A stretch of DNA of 64,000 bases from contig NC_087436.1 in assembly GCF_036321535.1 (NCBI RefSeq), forward strand, positions 45,138,001 through 45,202,000. Reading direction: 5' to 3'. Source of the DNA: Camelus dromedarius. Its lineage: Eukaryota. Below the pieces are notes generated by a model that had not been told where the DNA came from, did no database searches, and worked only from the letters and a program-made list of their open reading frames with translations. The number at the start of each line of letters is the position of its first letter. The first letter of the stretch is position 1. The position numbers and the translations under genes are program-made. Positions 36,474 to 49,853 of this stretch are shown here, piece by piece.

Positions 36474-37369
36474 AAATGATCAGATTTTATCTTTGAACAT
36501 AAGAACACTTTGGTTTATGAGTACAAAATACATATTGTTCAATTAAACAATTATAGTATTCCAACTATAAAGGATTACTCTAAAAAACACTGGAGATCAT
36601 GGCTGCAATTTTGAATTACCTTTAAAATGGAACTTTTTCTTATCTCCTTCCATATTGCCCTTCCTTTAACTGTGCAGTTCACCCTGTGATTTCTCTGTGG
36701 CTGAATTATCAATAATATTGGTGTAAAAACTGAGATTTATTTTTAAAAGTAAAACAAATTCTAGACTTAGCAATTCTCTCACAGATGACACCTCTTTAAT
36801 CCAGATAATTTAATATATCACCTACTCAATTCTCCATTTCAGAATTATGATTTTTAAAACAGAATCAATTTATCAAATTGATCAAATTTTCTGTGAGTTG
36901 AAACAAATTGAAAACAATGTATAGATTTCCCATGTAGAACATGTATTAATTAATTTCAAGTGCTATAGTTCATTTGACAATGTATAACTTTTTTCTTGAC
37001 ACTAGTAAAAATCAGTATTCAAATCTAGGAGGATTCCCTACTACTTTTGAAATAGTTTTTGTTTTTTTTTTTGAGTTTGGGGGTTTTTGTTTGTTCCTGT
37101 TTTTTTGCAATCTATAGTCTCTCGCATATCTTGAGTGAGGTATCTACATTTGTTCTAACCACATTTTATAAAGAAGAACTTGTACACATAAAATTTTCAT
37201 TTGTGGGATCATGAGTTCTTACTAAATAAAAATTCATTAAATCAGATACTCCCTGATGCCTCAGGCAGCATATTAACCCTTTTAAGTGCTTAGAGCTGCA
37301 TTTAGCACTCACCTCTCACCACAGCAACATAAAATCAAAATGACTTAGAAGTCTGCTTGCGTAAGTAGG

Positions 37370-39620
37370 GGAACCAGAAAACATAGGTTCTGGTCTGACT
37401 GATCAAACTCAGCTCTCTGATCTTGAACAAGTCCCTTACGTGCTATGATCTCATTTTTCTGACTTACTAAAGCAAACATTCGACTCAAACACTCTCTAAT
37501 TTTGTTCTACTCTACCCATTGTTTTCCCAGTCCTAAAGTTCCCCTGACTCTGTGCCTACAAGGCCAAACTTGTAGCAGGGACAGCAAATGGCCTAGCCTC
37601 GTAATCAGAGTCCTTAGGAGCATGGGAGGAGGCCACGTATTAGTCAGAAATGGTTACACAATTGTGTAAGTCAGGAGGCTGTGTTGTTCACCTTCCTGAT
37701 AGTTACCTTTACGGGGAGTTTATCATTCGTCAGGCAGTATGCCGAGTGAATTACATGCAGTACCTCAGTTAATCCTCCTGACAACTCCATGAGGGCAGCG
37801 AATGACCCCCATTGCACAGATGAGGAATCAGAGACTTAGAGTGATTAAATCATTTGCCTGAGCCACACAGAGAGCAGACTGGAACCCAGGGCTGCTGCCT
37901 GGCTCCCCCGTACTCTGAGGCCATGACAGCAGATGATGGGGTCTTCCTGGCAAATGGCTCTATTAACCCCACTTGTGGGTCTGCCACTTGAGTCACCCAT
38001 CTTTAACTACGTCATGAAGTCTGCATGGTAAACATTCTTTGCGTCCCTCTCAAATCCATTCTCTTACTTCTCCTAATAATAGATGCAAACATTGATTTAG
38101 CACTGGCCACAGAGCTCTGCTCTTTAAATAGATGGTCTCATTTCATCTTCACAACAATTTCGGAGATAGATACAATTATTTCCTCCCTTCTGCAGGGAAG
38201 GACACTGAGGTACAGAGAAGTTAAATACATTGCCTAAGCTACCCAGCTAGTAAGTGGAAAATAAATATTTGAATCTAGTTCCAATTCCAAAGTAAATAAA
38301 AATGTGTAAATTCTGATAGCATTCTAAATTCACACGCATTGAACCTTTACAGTGTGCTGAGTCCTGCGCTAAAGCCTCACACAAGCCATCACATTTAATC
38401 CCATAAGGCAGGTATTACTGTTAATGATGTCACTTTTTAGATCACAAAACCCAGCAGTCTTGGTAAATCCTGAAGGAAAATCAAGCAGAGGCTGAAGAGT
38501 AGGATGGTCAGGAAATCAGGCTTCCATATCAAACAGGCTGCTGGTTAGAACTACCAGGATGTGTGCTTTCAACAAATTACTGAATCACCCTCTGCTTTAG
38601 TTTCCCTACGTGTGAAATGGGTGTGTTATGAGGGTTAAAGGTGTTAATATAAAGGTAAAGTGTTTGAAACAGTCCCTAGCACAGAGTAAGAACTATATGA
38701 CTGTTAAGGCAAAATAAATAAAAGTCCAGACTTTGCCTTTTAATACCAAAGTTGTTTTCTCTCTCTGTGCCACAGTTTTGTCATTTGCAAAATATAAATA
38801 ATAACAGTACCTCCCTTGTCCCAGAATAGGTATATGAGTAAAAGTGTAGGTACATGTTAGAACAGCAAGTGACATATAAGTGCTCAATAAATGTTAGTTT
38901 TCATTGCTGCTGTTATTAGGATTATACCATTATCATTTTGATCCTTTCCCCAGTCATAAAAAATCTTCCCCTGCCTCAGGAGCAGTCAAGCCAGTCTTGC
39001 CTGAATGCTTTTTCCTCAAAGGAGCAGAAATGATGTCTTAGATGATTGGCAAATGGGATCATTTCATTTGAAGGACAGGTGTAGATCAGAGGATGTTTTC
39101 TTTTTCCTCAGAACTCACCCCCAGGAGGGCTGGAATGATTCTCAGTATCTGGGCATAAATGGTACTCACTACACCATGCAAAAAAGCCCATAATTATACC
39201 CCATCTTGAAATGTTTTCTAAGAATGAGCCTGAAATGCATGACCGCAAAGCTATCAGGGCAGAGGCTTCACGTTTACTGTTTTGATGACTCCTGCTGCAG
39301 CAAGATGTAGTCCAAAGTATTGACTGATTGCTTGGTTGACTGAATGATAGAACAACTGGCCCTCCTAGCCGCTTCGCTGAGAGCAAAGACGGTCCTGCTC
39401 CTGAGAGGTGGGATTGCTTCCAGAGCCTGGCTGTCTGGCTTTGAAGCCTGCCTCTTCCCCTTCTGACTAGATGAACTTAAGCACTTTACCTCACTTCTTT
39501 GTGTCTTAAAAATCTCTAAAAGAAGAATCATAATCTCTATTCTGAGGATTAATTGAATTGATCATGTAAATGCTTAGAAAAGTATCTGGATATAATAAAT
39601 GCTTAAGAAATGTTAGCATT
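37370..39620. mobile_element. Cluster of MIR SINEs in both orientations (~37370+, 37700-, 38070-, 38330-, 38500+, 38750+, 39400+)
   Basis: Repeated MIR cores, e.g. CCCATTGCACAGATGAGGAATCAGAGACTTAGAG, GACACTGAGGTACAGAGAAGTTAAAT, CTTTAGTTTCCCTACGTGTGAAATGGG, TAAGTGCTCAATAAATGTTAG. Confidence 0.75.
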
Positions 39621-40014
39621 ATTGACTGGCTGTCTCAGTTAACTTCAAGTGGTGTGGGTCGTCCAGTCCCTTCACAGTCATATTATGTGTCCCTGCATGA
39701 ACAGAAGAGAGCTCCTCTCCTTTTGTTGGTATAGGCTGTCCATCCAGCAGTGAGAATGCTCTCACCACAGCTGTGCCCTGCCCATCACTCCAGCAGCAAA
39801 CGTGTGCCAAGCATACATACCTCCATGAATCATTTTGGCTGTTAAAAACCATTCACCAACATGACCTTCTCTTTTCTTTTTGAGCCATGCTAATAAGACT
39901 CTGTCACTTGCCACCCACACCTACATACACATGCAAAAAAAATGTTTTTAATCTTGTCTATTCTATTACATTGTACAGACTTGTCCTTGGGCACTAAGGA
40001 AAGAACTGTTCCTT

Positions 40015-40320
40015 CCTTCCCTTATTCTGTTCATCAGCATTCACTGAGTGTCCCACTACCTCAACACAGAGCTAGGCACTGCAATTAAAGTAGTGAAAAC
40101 TCGATTTTAGACTGGAGTTTATAATCCGAAGAGATGGGGTTGCTGAGGACGTGGAGTCAAAAGAGAAGTAAACAGGCAAACATAAAACCTTGTGATAGGC
40201 ATAGAGTTTCAAGCTGGGCATCAGGGGTTGGATTTTCAAAAATTAGGCACCAAACCAAAAATCAGAGGTTCAAGGAAGGCTTCCTGAGAGAAAGTAGCAT
40301 CCAAGCTGAGACCTTAAGCA
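40015..40320 (-). mobile_element. L2 LINE 3' end
   Basis: TCAGCATTCACTGAGTGTCCCACTA...GCTAGGCACTG...CAAGGAAGGCTTCCTGAGAGAAAG. Confidence 0.6.
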
Positions 40321-40325
40321 AAGTT

Positions 40326-40406
40326 GTTTTTTGTGTTTTTTTTTTTAAATTGAAATATAGTTAGTTACAATGTGTCAGTTTCTGATGTACAGCGTAGTGT
40401 TTCAGG
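40326..40406 (-). mobile_element. Very short L1 3' tail
   Basis: T-run then AAATTGAAATATAGTTAGTTACAATGTGTCAGTTTCTGATGTACAGC = reverse complement of an L1 terminus. Confidence 0.7.
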
Positions 40407-42731
40407 TGCAAAGGTATGTTAATTCTCAGAATTATTTCATTACGTGGGTGGAGAAACTGAGGCAGGAAAACATGACCTAAAGTTGTAAAAATGTTTGAGC
40501 ATCTTAGGAGTAAGACATAGTCCTGTAGACTTGGCGTTCTTTTCTTCCACCATCACACCATGCTCCCTCCCTCCAAGAGATCTAAACATTTTAAGTTTAT
40601 GAGTCTGACAACTTCAATGGCATTCCTTACCCAGGCTATAAAATTCTAGCCCTGCCACCACAGAGCTGTTTTTTTCTGAATTTCACAAACTTAGAGATAA
40701 CACTGACTCTAGCTTTCTGGCCAGAAACAGTAATGGAGCCCAGGACCTCGGTTTATATTTGAAGGCTAACTTTACAACTGCAAGAAAAGCTGTTGCCTGT
40801 GAAATCCAGGCTTAGGGGGAGGTGGGGGGAGATGAGAGTAGAAGAAAGGATCTTTTTCTGAGATTTCCTGCTTGGGGAAAACTAGAACTTTCTAATCATT
40901 TTGTAAATCTTGGATTTCCTTTCAAAGTTGGTTTTGGAGGGTTTTGTTTGTATCAACACAAGAAAATATCATGTCATAGCATCACCTATATAATAATAAA
41001 AGTGCTCTGTCTTTTCAAAAAAAACTCTTTGTGTAAAAAATTTTAAGTAGCTATGATGTAATAATTTCTCATTTGATACTGACTGTTCAGCAAAAATAGA
41101 AGTTGGATCAACGTGTCAGCTTTGCACAAAGGCATCAACACATACTCTACCTTATAAAATAGTTTGTAAAGTAAGATTATAATTAAGATTTTCCCTATTT
41201 TTACATGTATGCATATGTGCAACCTCTTGACTCTGATAATTTTGTACAAGCATTCATTAACCAAGGAACTTTATATGCCATGGTAAAACTTGTTCAATCC
41301 AAATATACAATGATGTCCCTTGCCAAGCATACGAAGGCTACTGCTCTTACAGCCGAATGTAGCTCACTTCCCTTCTTACACTCATGTGATTTGACAAATG
41401 AGACATCCCTACTCCCACCCAAATTCATTTAATCAGCCTGATTAGACTTTTATCAGTCCAAGTTTACAACGAAACAAAGAAATTATTATTAGAAGGGAGA
41501 AAGATGTTATTTTGGCATAATTATCACCAGTAACCTGAGGTGTGCCAGTGTTAAGTCAATAAAGGTTATTTATAAAGCATGAGGTACCACAGTACTGTTA
41601 GGAATAAATACAACCCAAGACTTCAATTCCTAACTTCAACTAACAACTCCTTCTCAACAGAAAAAAAGAATTACCTCTGAAGTTCTGGAAAAGGAATAAT
41701 GTCAACAAGGCTATATTTCACGTTCTTTATGGAAAGAATATATGAGAAATGAAACGTGATAATAATCAGATGTTTACTCCAACAAGAAAGAATGCATCCA
41801 TATCAGCTTTTGCTTCCATCATCTGATTATAAACATTCAGTGTCTGTAGGGCTGAATAGAGGCCAAGGAAGGATGAAGGCCACAGTGCAGGGGAAGTGCA
41901 GAGAGCTTGAGGCTAGCAAGCATGTTCCCTCAGGGCGATTCTTCTTATTTAGTGCTTCACAGTTTACGAAGTTTGTTTTAATTTGACCGAAACTCAGAAA
42001 GTGTCTCCTGTGTGCTTGCTTTGTCACAGGAGCTCTGGTGTCAGTGCCAGCATGGAAATCGGCATCCCATCCCTGCCATTTTATCCAAACCTTGAAACAG
42101 ACTCACAGGAGGCAGATGTTCTCCCTATTTTTATGGTTACAAAAAGCAAAGTTGATCAGGGCAAAGAGATTCTCCTATAATCACGGATCCATTAGACTGA
42201 GAAATTAATAAGAATCTGAACTCTGATCATTTGACTCTGGGACCAGCGCCCTGCAAAAGAGATCACCCCACCTCCAGCGGGTGCCCTCGAGCTCCCTTGT
42301 GGCCATTCTTAGAGCTTTTTCTGTTTAAACCACCTATTATTATCTGGAGGATAGCTCCTGCAGTCAGCCAAATGACCCTGAACAAAAGGTTGGAAAAAAG
42401 GAAGAAGGCTCAGAAACTGGAGATGAGGGTGGAAGGGGATGATGTAAAGAAAGGAAGGTAAAACTCCAGCCCCTCCTTTCTCTCCTCCCCATCCCTGAAT
42501 TAGGAGGAAACTGCCATTATTTTCAAGTAGCTGCTAATTATGATATTAATGTATCACTCATTTTTGAAATAAGTTTTGATTTCCACCAAATTTTACAGTT
42601 GCTCGAAAAAAAAGTTTAGCTGATTCTGTGCGGAGTGCAAAAGTTACCCCTAGGTTCAAAATCCTTGAATATTTAGTATTCAGGCAAAAGCCATCCAAAA
42701 ACAAATCCCATGCTAGTGATTAATCTTTAGG

Positions 42732-42898
42732 CAGTGGTTCCCAGTTATCATCTCCTGGAGAGTTTTAAACATTACCAATTCCCTAGGACCCACTGCAGAC
42801 TAATCAGATCAGAAAGTCTGGGGGTGGAGCCCCAGCTTGAGTTTTGCTTCAAAGCTCTCCTGATGATTCTGCTGTGCATCTGAGGTCGATAACCTCTG
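42732..42898. mobile_element. MER5-family (MER5A1/B-like) hAT-Charlie element
   Basis: CAGTGGTTCCCAG...ATCAGAAAGTCTGGGGGTGGAGCCCC...AAAGCTCTCCTGATGATTCTGCTGTGCA...AACCTCTG. Confidence 0.75.
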
Positions 42899-42903
42899 CC
42901 TCT

Positions 42904-43086
42904 CAGTGGTTCTCAAAGTCTGGTCCTGGAGACCAGCAGCAGCAGCGTCATCTGGGAACTAGTAAGACATGTGGAGCCTCAGACACCACCCCAGAGCTAC
43001 AAAAACTCTGGCGATGAGGCCCAGCAAGCTGTGTTTTAAGAAGCTCCCAGGTGATTCCAGCACATGTTCAAGCCGGAGAACCATTG
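42904..43086 (+). mobile_element. MER5A hAT-Charlie element
   Basis: CAGTGGTTCTCAAAGTCTGGTCC...CCAGCAGCAGCAGCGTCATCTGGGAACT...GGCCCAGCAAGCTGTGTTTTAAGAAG...CCAGGTGATTC...GAGAACCATTG. Confidence 0.9.
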
Positions 43087-44462
43087 CCTTAGAATGTTTT
43101 ATTAGTCCAAGAGCTCTGATTTATCTAGTTAAACATCCAAGACAGCTAATAAGCCTTTTCATTTCCTCACATTAGCAATGATAAGCTACTTGAAAAATAT
43201 ACGTTGCATTAAAAAAAAAAAAGGTCGCAGTAAATAAACTCAAACTAAAAGATGCAGAAAAAAAACTCTATCATTTAATTCATCTTTTATGAATTTTTTT
43301 TTTCCTATTTTTCATTGATTTTTTGTTTCCTTCTGTTTCTAGTGATCAAATGATGAAGTTTTCAGAGCGCTGGCCTAATGTAAATGAGTTCCCTTCGTCT
43401 TTAATTGTATGAGACACATGCGAGCCCAGAAATCTGAGTTACAGATTTACATGTATTAATCTTTGTGAGAGCAGCATTCTCCAAGTAGCATGCAAGCCAC
43501 ACGTGACAGTGCTGGGTGCCACAGGCAGGCATAAGTTGTTTACATTAGCAAATACATTTCAACAAAAACACATGTTGGCAGTTAGCACTCTCTCAGCTCC
43601 TCACACAAGCCATTCTATGGGGAGTTAGAAGAATTTGAATTTGAAGAGTTTTTTTTTAATATGTGGTTCCTAACAACCATCTGAAGATCTCCAAGTATTT
43701 TGGATATGTTGGATTTTCAGTTCACCATATAGTACAAGGAGTTAACGTGACCAATCCAAAAACCATAAAGTAAGAAATTTAAAGCTCCTCAGGCCACCCT
43801 TTGAGTGCATATCTTGATAGGAACACATTTCAAGGAAAGGCTTGGGGAAAACATTATTCAGAAACCAACAGAAACAACCTGTGTTGTGGAAATGGCGACA
43901 GAAACAGTCCAGATGAGTGCAGTTCTGAAGAGCCGAGGGGGGGGTCATTAAAGTGACACAGGCTGAGGACAAGCAAGCAAGCCATCTCCATAAGGAAGGA
44001 CAAATACTCGGCTGGTAGAGCCAACCTCTTGGTACAAAATGGAAATACTTCTGTATTGATTGGTAAACTGATGATACTCTGAGCCCCCATAGTGCCATCT
44101 CCCTGTTCGGGCCACCCCTGACACTCCCCCCAGGCACCCTCGCCCTCCCCAAAACCCATCCTGCGGCTACAGAGGCAGCACCACACAGAGCAGGGAGCTC
44201 CCGGGCTCTGCTGATGCGTGCAGTGATCAGGGAGCTCTTCCAATGGCCAGGCCCAGCCGCATAGTCTGCTGAGTGTTTGGAATGTCACCTCTGCATCCAT
44301 CTAGGCTAGGCTCAAAAATAACTCACAAGGAATGAAATAAATTCCAGGTGATTTTAGCCCATTACTAAAGTATTTAACGTCTTAGTTTCACATCAATATA
44401 TTTTTGTTCTGGAATGAAATGTCCTTTAACAGGTATACCTTTTTTAAAGCGGGGGTACACAC

Positions 44463-44960
44463 CTGCAGAGACCTCGTTTCTAACAGCAGCATTGGCGTTG
44501 GCAGCATCCAGGGGTCATCGTGGTCGCAGTCGCGGTCGTGGTTGTATTGCCACCACTCCCGGGCCTGGCTTCTCGCCTTGCACCTCTCTCCTAACTAGAG
44601 AGAGAACTATGGGCCGCCGGACTGCTGGTTCTCTTTCCCTCAGAGCGAGCATTTAAAGGAGCATACAGTGGCTCGGGGGGAAAAAGTGCATAAAAATCAC
44701 AAACTCTAGAGTTGGAAGGTGAAAACGTTCACAATCTCTTTTTTTCACCTTTCTTTCAAAGTGTTTGTTTCTGCTCTAGTGAAAGAAAGTTGCTGCCAAT
44801 GCAAGTATCCCGATGGGCTATCAATGAACCGCGTTGCAGACGCATCAGCCGGGAGTGTCCTCTTGAGTGATCATCTCCTTCAAGCCTTTTTGGCTCATCA
44901 AGAGAGAGGGCGGGCCGAGGACTCTCGGAGCCCTGCGCAGTCCGGCGCAGCGTCCAAACT
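44463..44960 (-). promoter_or_regulatory. Candidate CpG-enriched promoter / first exon (minus strand)
   Basis: Local CpG enrichment, no recognisable repeat; GC box GGGCGG at 44908-44913; TATA-like TTTAAAT (minus, 44657-44651) 31-34 nt upstream of Inr-like CCAGCAGTCC; donor CAG/GTGTGT at 44463/44462. Confidence 0.4.
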
Positions 44961-47028
44961 CCTGTGTGAAGCCACCTGACTGTCTGAAGTAGGTTCAGCC
45001 AGTCACAGTCTCTACCAACTTTTTCAAGTCCCCACCTTTCAGACCTGCTTATTTGGTTTTGCTGTTGTCAGATTCACACTCCTCAGTTCTCTCCAGCTCC
45101 GTGTTTTTGTTCTCTGCCAGCTCCCTTAGCTGAGGGCGTTACTTGTTCCTTTGCTTCCTCCTGTTCCACCCTTGACCCCCAGCATCCCTTGGCGTGAGAC
45201 CCTGCAACCTCGGGACAGTCGCTCCCACACACCAACCCCAGCACCTGCAAGACCAGCCTGAGTAGCCCCCCTCCTCCTATCCCAAAAACTGCTTGCTGGC
45301 AGGGGTGAGAGGGGGCCGGGTTTTGTCCACATCAGTAGGAGTTTTTCACAGAGGGAGTCGCTGACCTCAGCATCATTCACTTCCTATCCCCTTGTACTGA
45401 CATTTAACCAGCTAACTACCTTGAAGCACCAGTTCTTTATAAGTTACCTTCTCAGGGCTCTGGAATCCCTGCTTCCCCAGGGCTAAAAATTATTAATAAC
45501 AATAGTGGTGGGTAAGAATGAACATTAAAAAAAAGACATTTTAAGATCTATGCAGAAAGAAAGAGGATTCAAATAAATGTATCCATAGTTTGAAGCAAAA
45601 AAAGAGTTCACTTTTATATACCTCTTTTTTATGTAGCTACTAGTAAAGAAGTCCTATTCAAAATAAGCCCCAAAGGCATGCGTCCAATGGAAAGTTCCTT
45701 TTCACTTTTTTAGATTATTCATTTTTTAGAAATTCTAGAAAATGATATTAATTTAGTGTCCAAGACTTTGCTTGAGCTTTGAGTCCTCTCATCCAAATTC
45801 TGATGGGGTTTACAATGTAAAGAGGATTAACTTTAACATTTAATTTAAGCACTCTAAGGATTATATTATCCATAAATGTCAGTAAATAAACATTATCTTT
45901 ATCCTTTGGTATACAGGATGTAACACTCTTGAACTTCACCTGTTTCAGTAACGGTTGGCAAGTTTAGTGTGGGATGGGCCTTTTTAAGAAACTAATATAA
46001 CCAAAAATGCGGGTCAAAGATCCATCTGGCACTTAAATGGTTCGTTTTCTCCATTTACTCTAGACTTACGTAAGTTCTGGGTTTTAGTTAATCAACCCCA
46101 CAACAATATAGCTAATTTTTCCCAGAAGTGGAAATCTTTGCCTTCAACCATTTGTATTCAGATTTTTGTATTTCAAGTAACTTCTTTATATAAATCCCTG
46201 CTGGTGAGAAAGAAACACTAAATTAGATCTACCTTGGCAACAGGAATATCCAGTCTAAAAAGCTTTGCTTATCAACTTATTCTTTACCACAAATATTTTC
46301 CTTTTGCTTCTTCCTAGTTTTATGATCACATTCCTTGTTGTTATGACTCTGCTAAAGATCTGGTTATAAATTCATCAGAACTAGTGCTCTCGAGAACTTA
46401 CCTGTACAGTTCATCATCTCTGACCACTATCTTGAATCTCACCACTACTGAATTATAGTACAAAGATAAGAAAGAATTAGATTTCCAGCATCACCCAAAG
46501 TCTTATTTTCTTTGTTTGTCAATTATTTCATTTTGCACTCATAGAACAATAGAAACATCAGGATTTTACTTTACCTATAAAATGCTTACAGAACGTCCAG
46601 TGACTTCATGTAGAAATAGAACAACAAAATAAGATAAGGTGTTAGAGATGTTGCCAGACATCTTAAAGAACTGGAATATCTAAAAGTAGAGCTGAGGAAA
46701 GAACAGCCAGTGCTCACTTTTCCAATGTCCCAAATCAAAATTTTCACTTCTGAAAACAGCAAAACAGAAAGATCTGCTTTTCCATAAATTATCTTTAAAA
46801 CTGAAAGCTTTCGATCCATTCCCCCAAAATATATTAATAATAAAAACTACCATTAATTACAGCATAGTATCAGCCACCTTTCAGGAGTGTATCTGTTCCT
46901 CCTCCCCCCATGCTGTCCCCTCACTGTTTCCCTAGGACTCCCCCACCTTGTTATGTCTCTTTATTTAAAAGGGGCAGCACATAAGCTTTCATTTCACCTC
47001 AGTCTGTGTACATCGTGGGAAATCTTGG

Positions 47029-47468
47029 TATATTAGTTGACTATTCTTGCATAACACAGCTACAGGATTTCAGTGGCATATGATGAGTATTATTTAATTC
47101 TGACTCACAAATTTGCCAGTCAGCGGGGGGAGCTTCACTTCAGGCGGTGGCTGCGGAGGTGGGTCAGACTGGGCTTAGCTCCTTGCCTCGGGCTGGGCTC
47201 TAGTTCAATCCTCCTGGATCCTTGTTTTATGGAGCTCAGACTGAAGGAGCAGCAGCTGCCCAGGGGAAGTTCTTGTCACATCAGTGGCACCGATGCAAGA
47301 TGGCAACACAGTAATACAAGCACTGTCCAGCCCCTGCTGGTGTCACATCAGCTTGCGTCTCACAGACCAAAGCCATGACTGAGCCCAAGAGAAACTGCAA
47401 GGTTACAGGGCAAAGGGCATGGGTATAGGGAAAAGTGAAGAAATTAGGCCAATGTTTCCACCTACCCA
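47029..47468 (-). mobile_element. MLT1H/I-like solo LTR
   Basis: TATATTAGTTGACTATTCTTGCATAACA...TTTCAGTGGCAT...GACTGAAGGAGCAGCAGCTGCCCAGGGGAAG...AAAGCCATGACTGAGCCCAAG. Confidence 0.75.
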
Positions 47469-47499
47469 ACCTGGCTAAGACAAGTACTCTTGTAACAAA

Positions 47500-47640
47500 T
47501 TTGAAAGGTTATCTCTAGTTCACAGATAAAGAAATAACCATCCCAAGAGATAAAGAAACTTCCCCAAAGTCACAGGTATGACTGACCCGGGATGCTGAGA
47601 CAAGTCACATCTATCAGGCTCAAAAGCCCTTCTATTCAGA
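47500..47640 (-). mobile_element. MIR SINE
   Basis: CACAGATAAAGAAA...CCCAAGAGATAAAGAAACTTCCCCAAAGTCACAGG. Confidence 0.6.
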
Positions 47641-48459
47641 AATGCAAGTGAGTGGCCACCGTGTGCCAGGAAGTGCGTAAAGTCCTGGGGATACCCAAGC
47701 AAATAAAAAGTGTTATCCTGACCTCAAAGAGCTTGCAGGCTGGTGGCAAGACGTATAGACATATAAGCATAATACAATTAGGTAAGCGCTGTCCTGGGGG
47801 TGCAGACTCACTTCAGTGGGAGCATGGGAGACAGGGCCCCGGAGACAGAACTCTTGGGACAGTCAGAAGGTCCTCATTTTCCAGGTTTCTCCACCACAGC
47901 ACACTGCTCATTCATCTGCACGGTGTGTCTCCCTACCTGACGGTGGTGTTTGCACCCCCAGGATGTCTGCAGAGCTGGAGCTACGGCACTCCCACACAGC
48001 AGAACCTTGCTGTGCAGGAATGCCTCAGGCCCTATGCCTGTGAAGATGGAAGTGTGGGTGTTCCTCCTCCAAGTGAGATCCGCTTCTTGAGTAAGTCACC
48101 AAAGATAAGGTAGACCACTCCGACACAATTTCACCTTTTCCCAGAATCGGGGCTTACATCACTGCTTGTAAGAACAGTCACAAAAGCTACTCTCTTTTCA
48201 TCCAGTTTCTAATGCTGTTCACTCAATCTAATTTCGATTTATGGCAAGGCATTTTGTACTTCACTACACAAAACATGCTGCGGATATTTATGCCAAGATA
48301 ACTTAACAAATATAATGCTTTATATTTTTACCTTCATCCAATTATTGTCATCTTTGTTCAGAATACTTAGTCAGAATGAAATTATTAATAGGAATAAAAT
48401 GAAAGAAGATATCAGAACAAAAGAAGATTGTGTTGTATGACTCGTTACCACCCAGAATC

Positions 48460-48630
48460 AGCAGTTTTCCATCCTGGCCACACATCAGAATCAGAATTTA
48501 TAAAAATACTGATGCTCTGGCCACATCTCAGACCAGATAAATCAGAACTTCTGGAGTGGAGTCTGGGCATCATCAGTTAATAAAAGCTTCTTAGGTGAAT
48601 TTAACAACCAGTCAGAATTGAGAAACACTG
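48460..48630. mobile_element. MER5-family hAT-Charlie element
   Basis: CACATCAGAATCA...AAAAATACTGATGC...TAAATCAGAACTTCTGGAGTGGAGTCTGGGCATC...AAAAGCTTCTTAGGTGA...TTGAGAAACACTG. Confidence 0.75.
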
Positions 48631-48744
48631 TTCTTCTTATGCCATCAAGCTAAATTTTTTTTATTCATTTATTTCCTTGGTTAGTCTAATGTTGCTATCT
48701 GAGCTGTTGAGGTATATCCAGTATCCTTACTAGAAACCTTATTT

Positions 48745-49145
48745 CAGTTCATTCATTCAGCAAATATTTGCTGAGTGCCTGCTATGTCCCAGGTGCTGGG
48801 CTAGCTATAGAGGGAGGCAGCGAAAACAAAACCAGAGCCACAGTCCCTTCCTTAGGGAGGTTACAAAACAAGCAAACATTGAACAACTAAACAAAGACTA
48901 TTTAAAAAGCAAATCAAAATATTAAAAATTATAACAAGTGCCACAAAGTAAAAGCCTACCTGAGCACATCAGACATAAACTGAGACTTGAGGGATAAATA
49001 GGAGTTCAACAGACAAGACCTGGGGAAAGGGTATTCCAGGCAGAGGGTGTTCCAGGCAGAGGCAACAGCATGTGTGAATGTGCTGAGACAGAAAGAATCA
49101 GGCTTGTTCTGGGAACTGGAAAAAGGCGCCTGTGGCTGGAGCAAC
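48745..49145 (-). mobile_element. L2 LINE 3' end
   Basis: TTCATTCATTCAGCAAATATTTGCTGAGTGCCTGCTATGTCCCAGGTGCTGGGC...TTCCAGGCAGAGGCAACAGCATGTG. Confidence 0.85.
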
Positions 49146-49798
49146 GGGGGGTTCACAAAATAAATACTATCATCCTAATATCATAAGGGAAAGAATATTT
49201 TTATCTTACACCAAGAGGGATCTATAATTAAAATAAAGGACAAACATTTATATGAAAGAAGGTTAGCAATATTCTAAGGTATATGAAATAAAAGTCATAT
49301 TTTATGGCAAAACAAGAAAAATTTAAGCATAAATTCTTCTCTGCCCTTTGGCCTCCTCTCTCTGCACTATGCATTATGTATCTGCCTTATGTAGCCAAAA
49401 CCTCCATCAGTAGGAATACCTGCTCAACCATAAAGAGCAGCATTAAAAAAGAGAGAGACAGGAGAGAGGGGCCAGGCTGAGAGGTGGGGGCCACATCTTT
49501 AGGGCCTTAAGGCTGTGTTTTTATATATATATAAACATATGCATACATACACACACACATATATATATGTATTCTACTCTAATATGCACTGTATACAGTA
49601 GGACACCATTCAGGTAGTGGGAGGAGGAGAGGGTGACTGAGGAGATCCAGTTCATCCCAGTTAACAGGGGGATGATGGCTCCTGTTTCACCCCTCTCCCA
49701 GGAGACATTTTGAAAATAGAAAGCTCACAAACTAGTGAGTCTCTAGTTGGTGGAATAACAAAGTGTTTATGAAAATAAAGCACAAATTTGTGAATCAT

Positions 49799-49851
<53 letters not shown>
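49799..49851 (+). repeat. (AC)n microsatellite with one interruption
   Basis: Seen directly. Confidence 0.95.
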
Positions 49852-49853
<2 letters not shown>

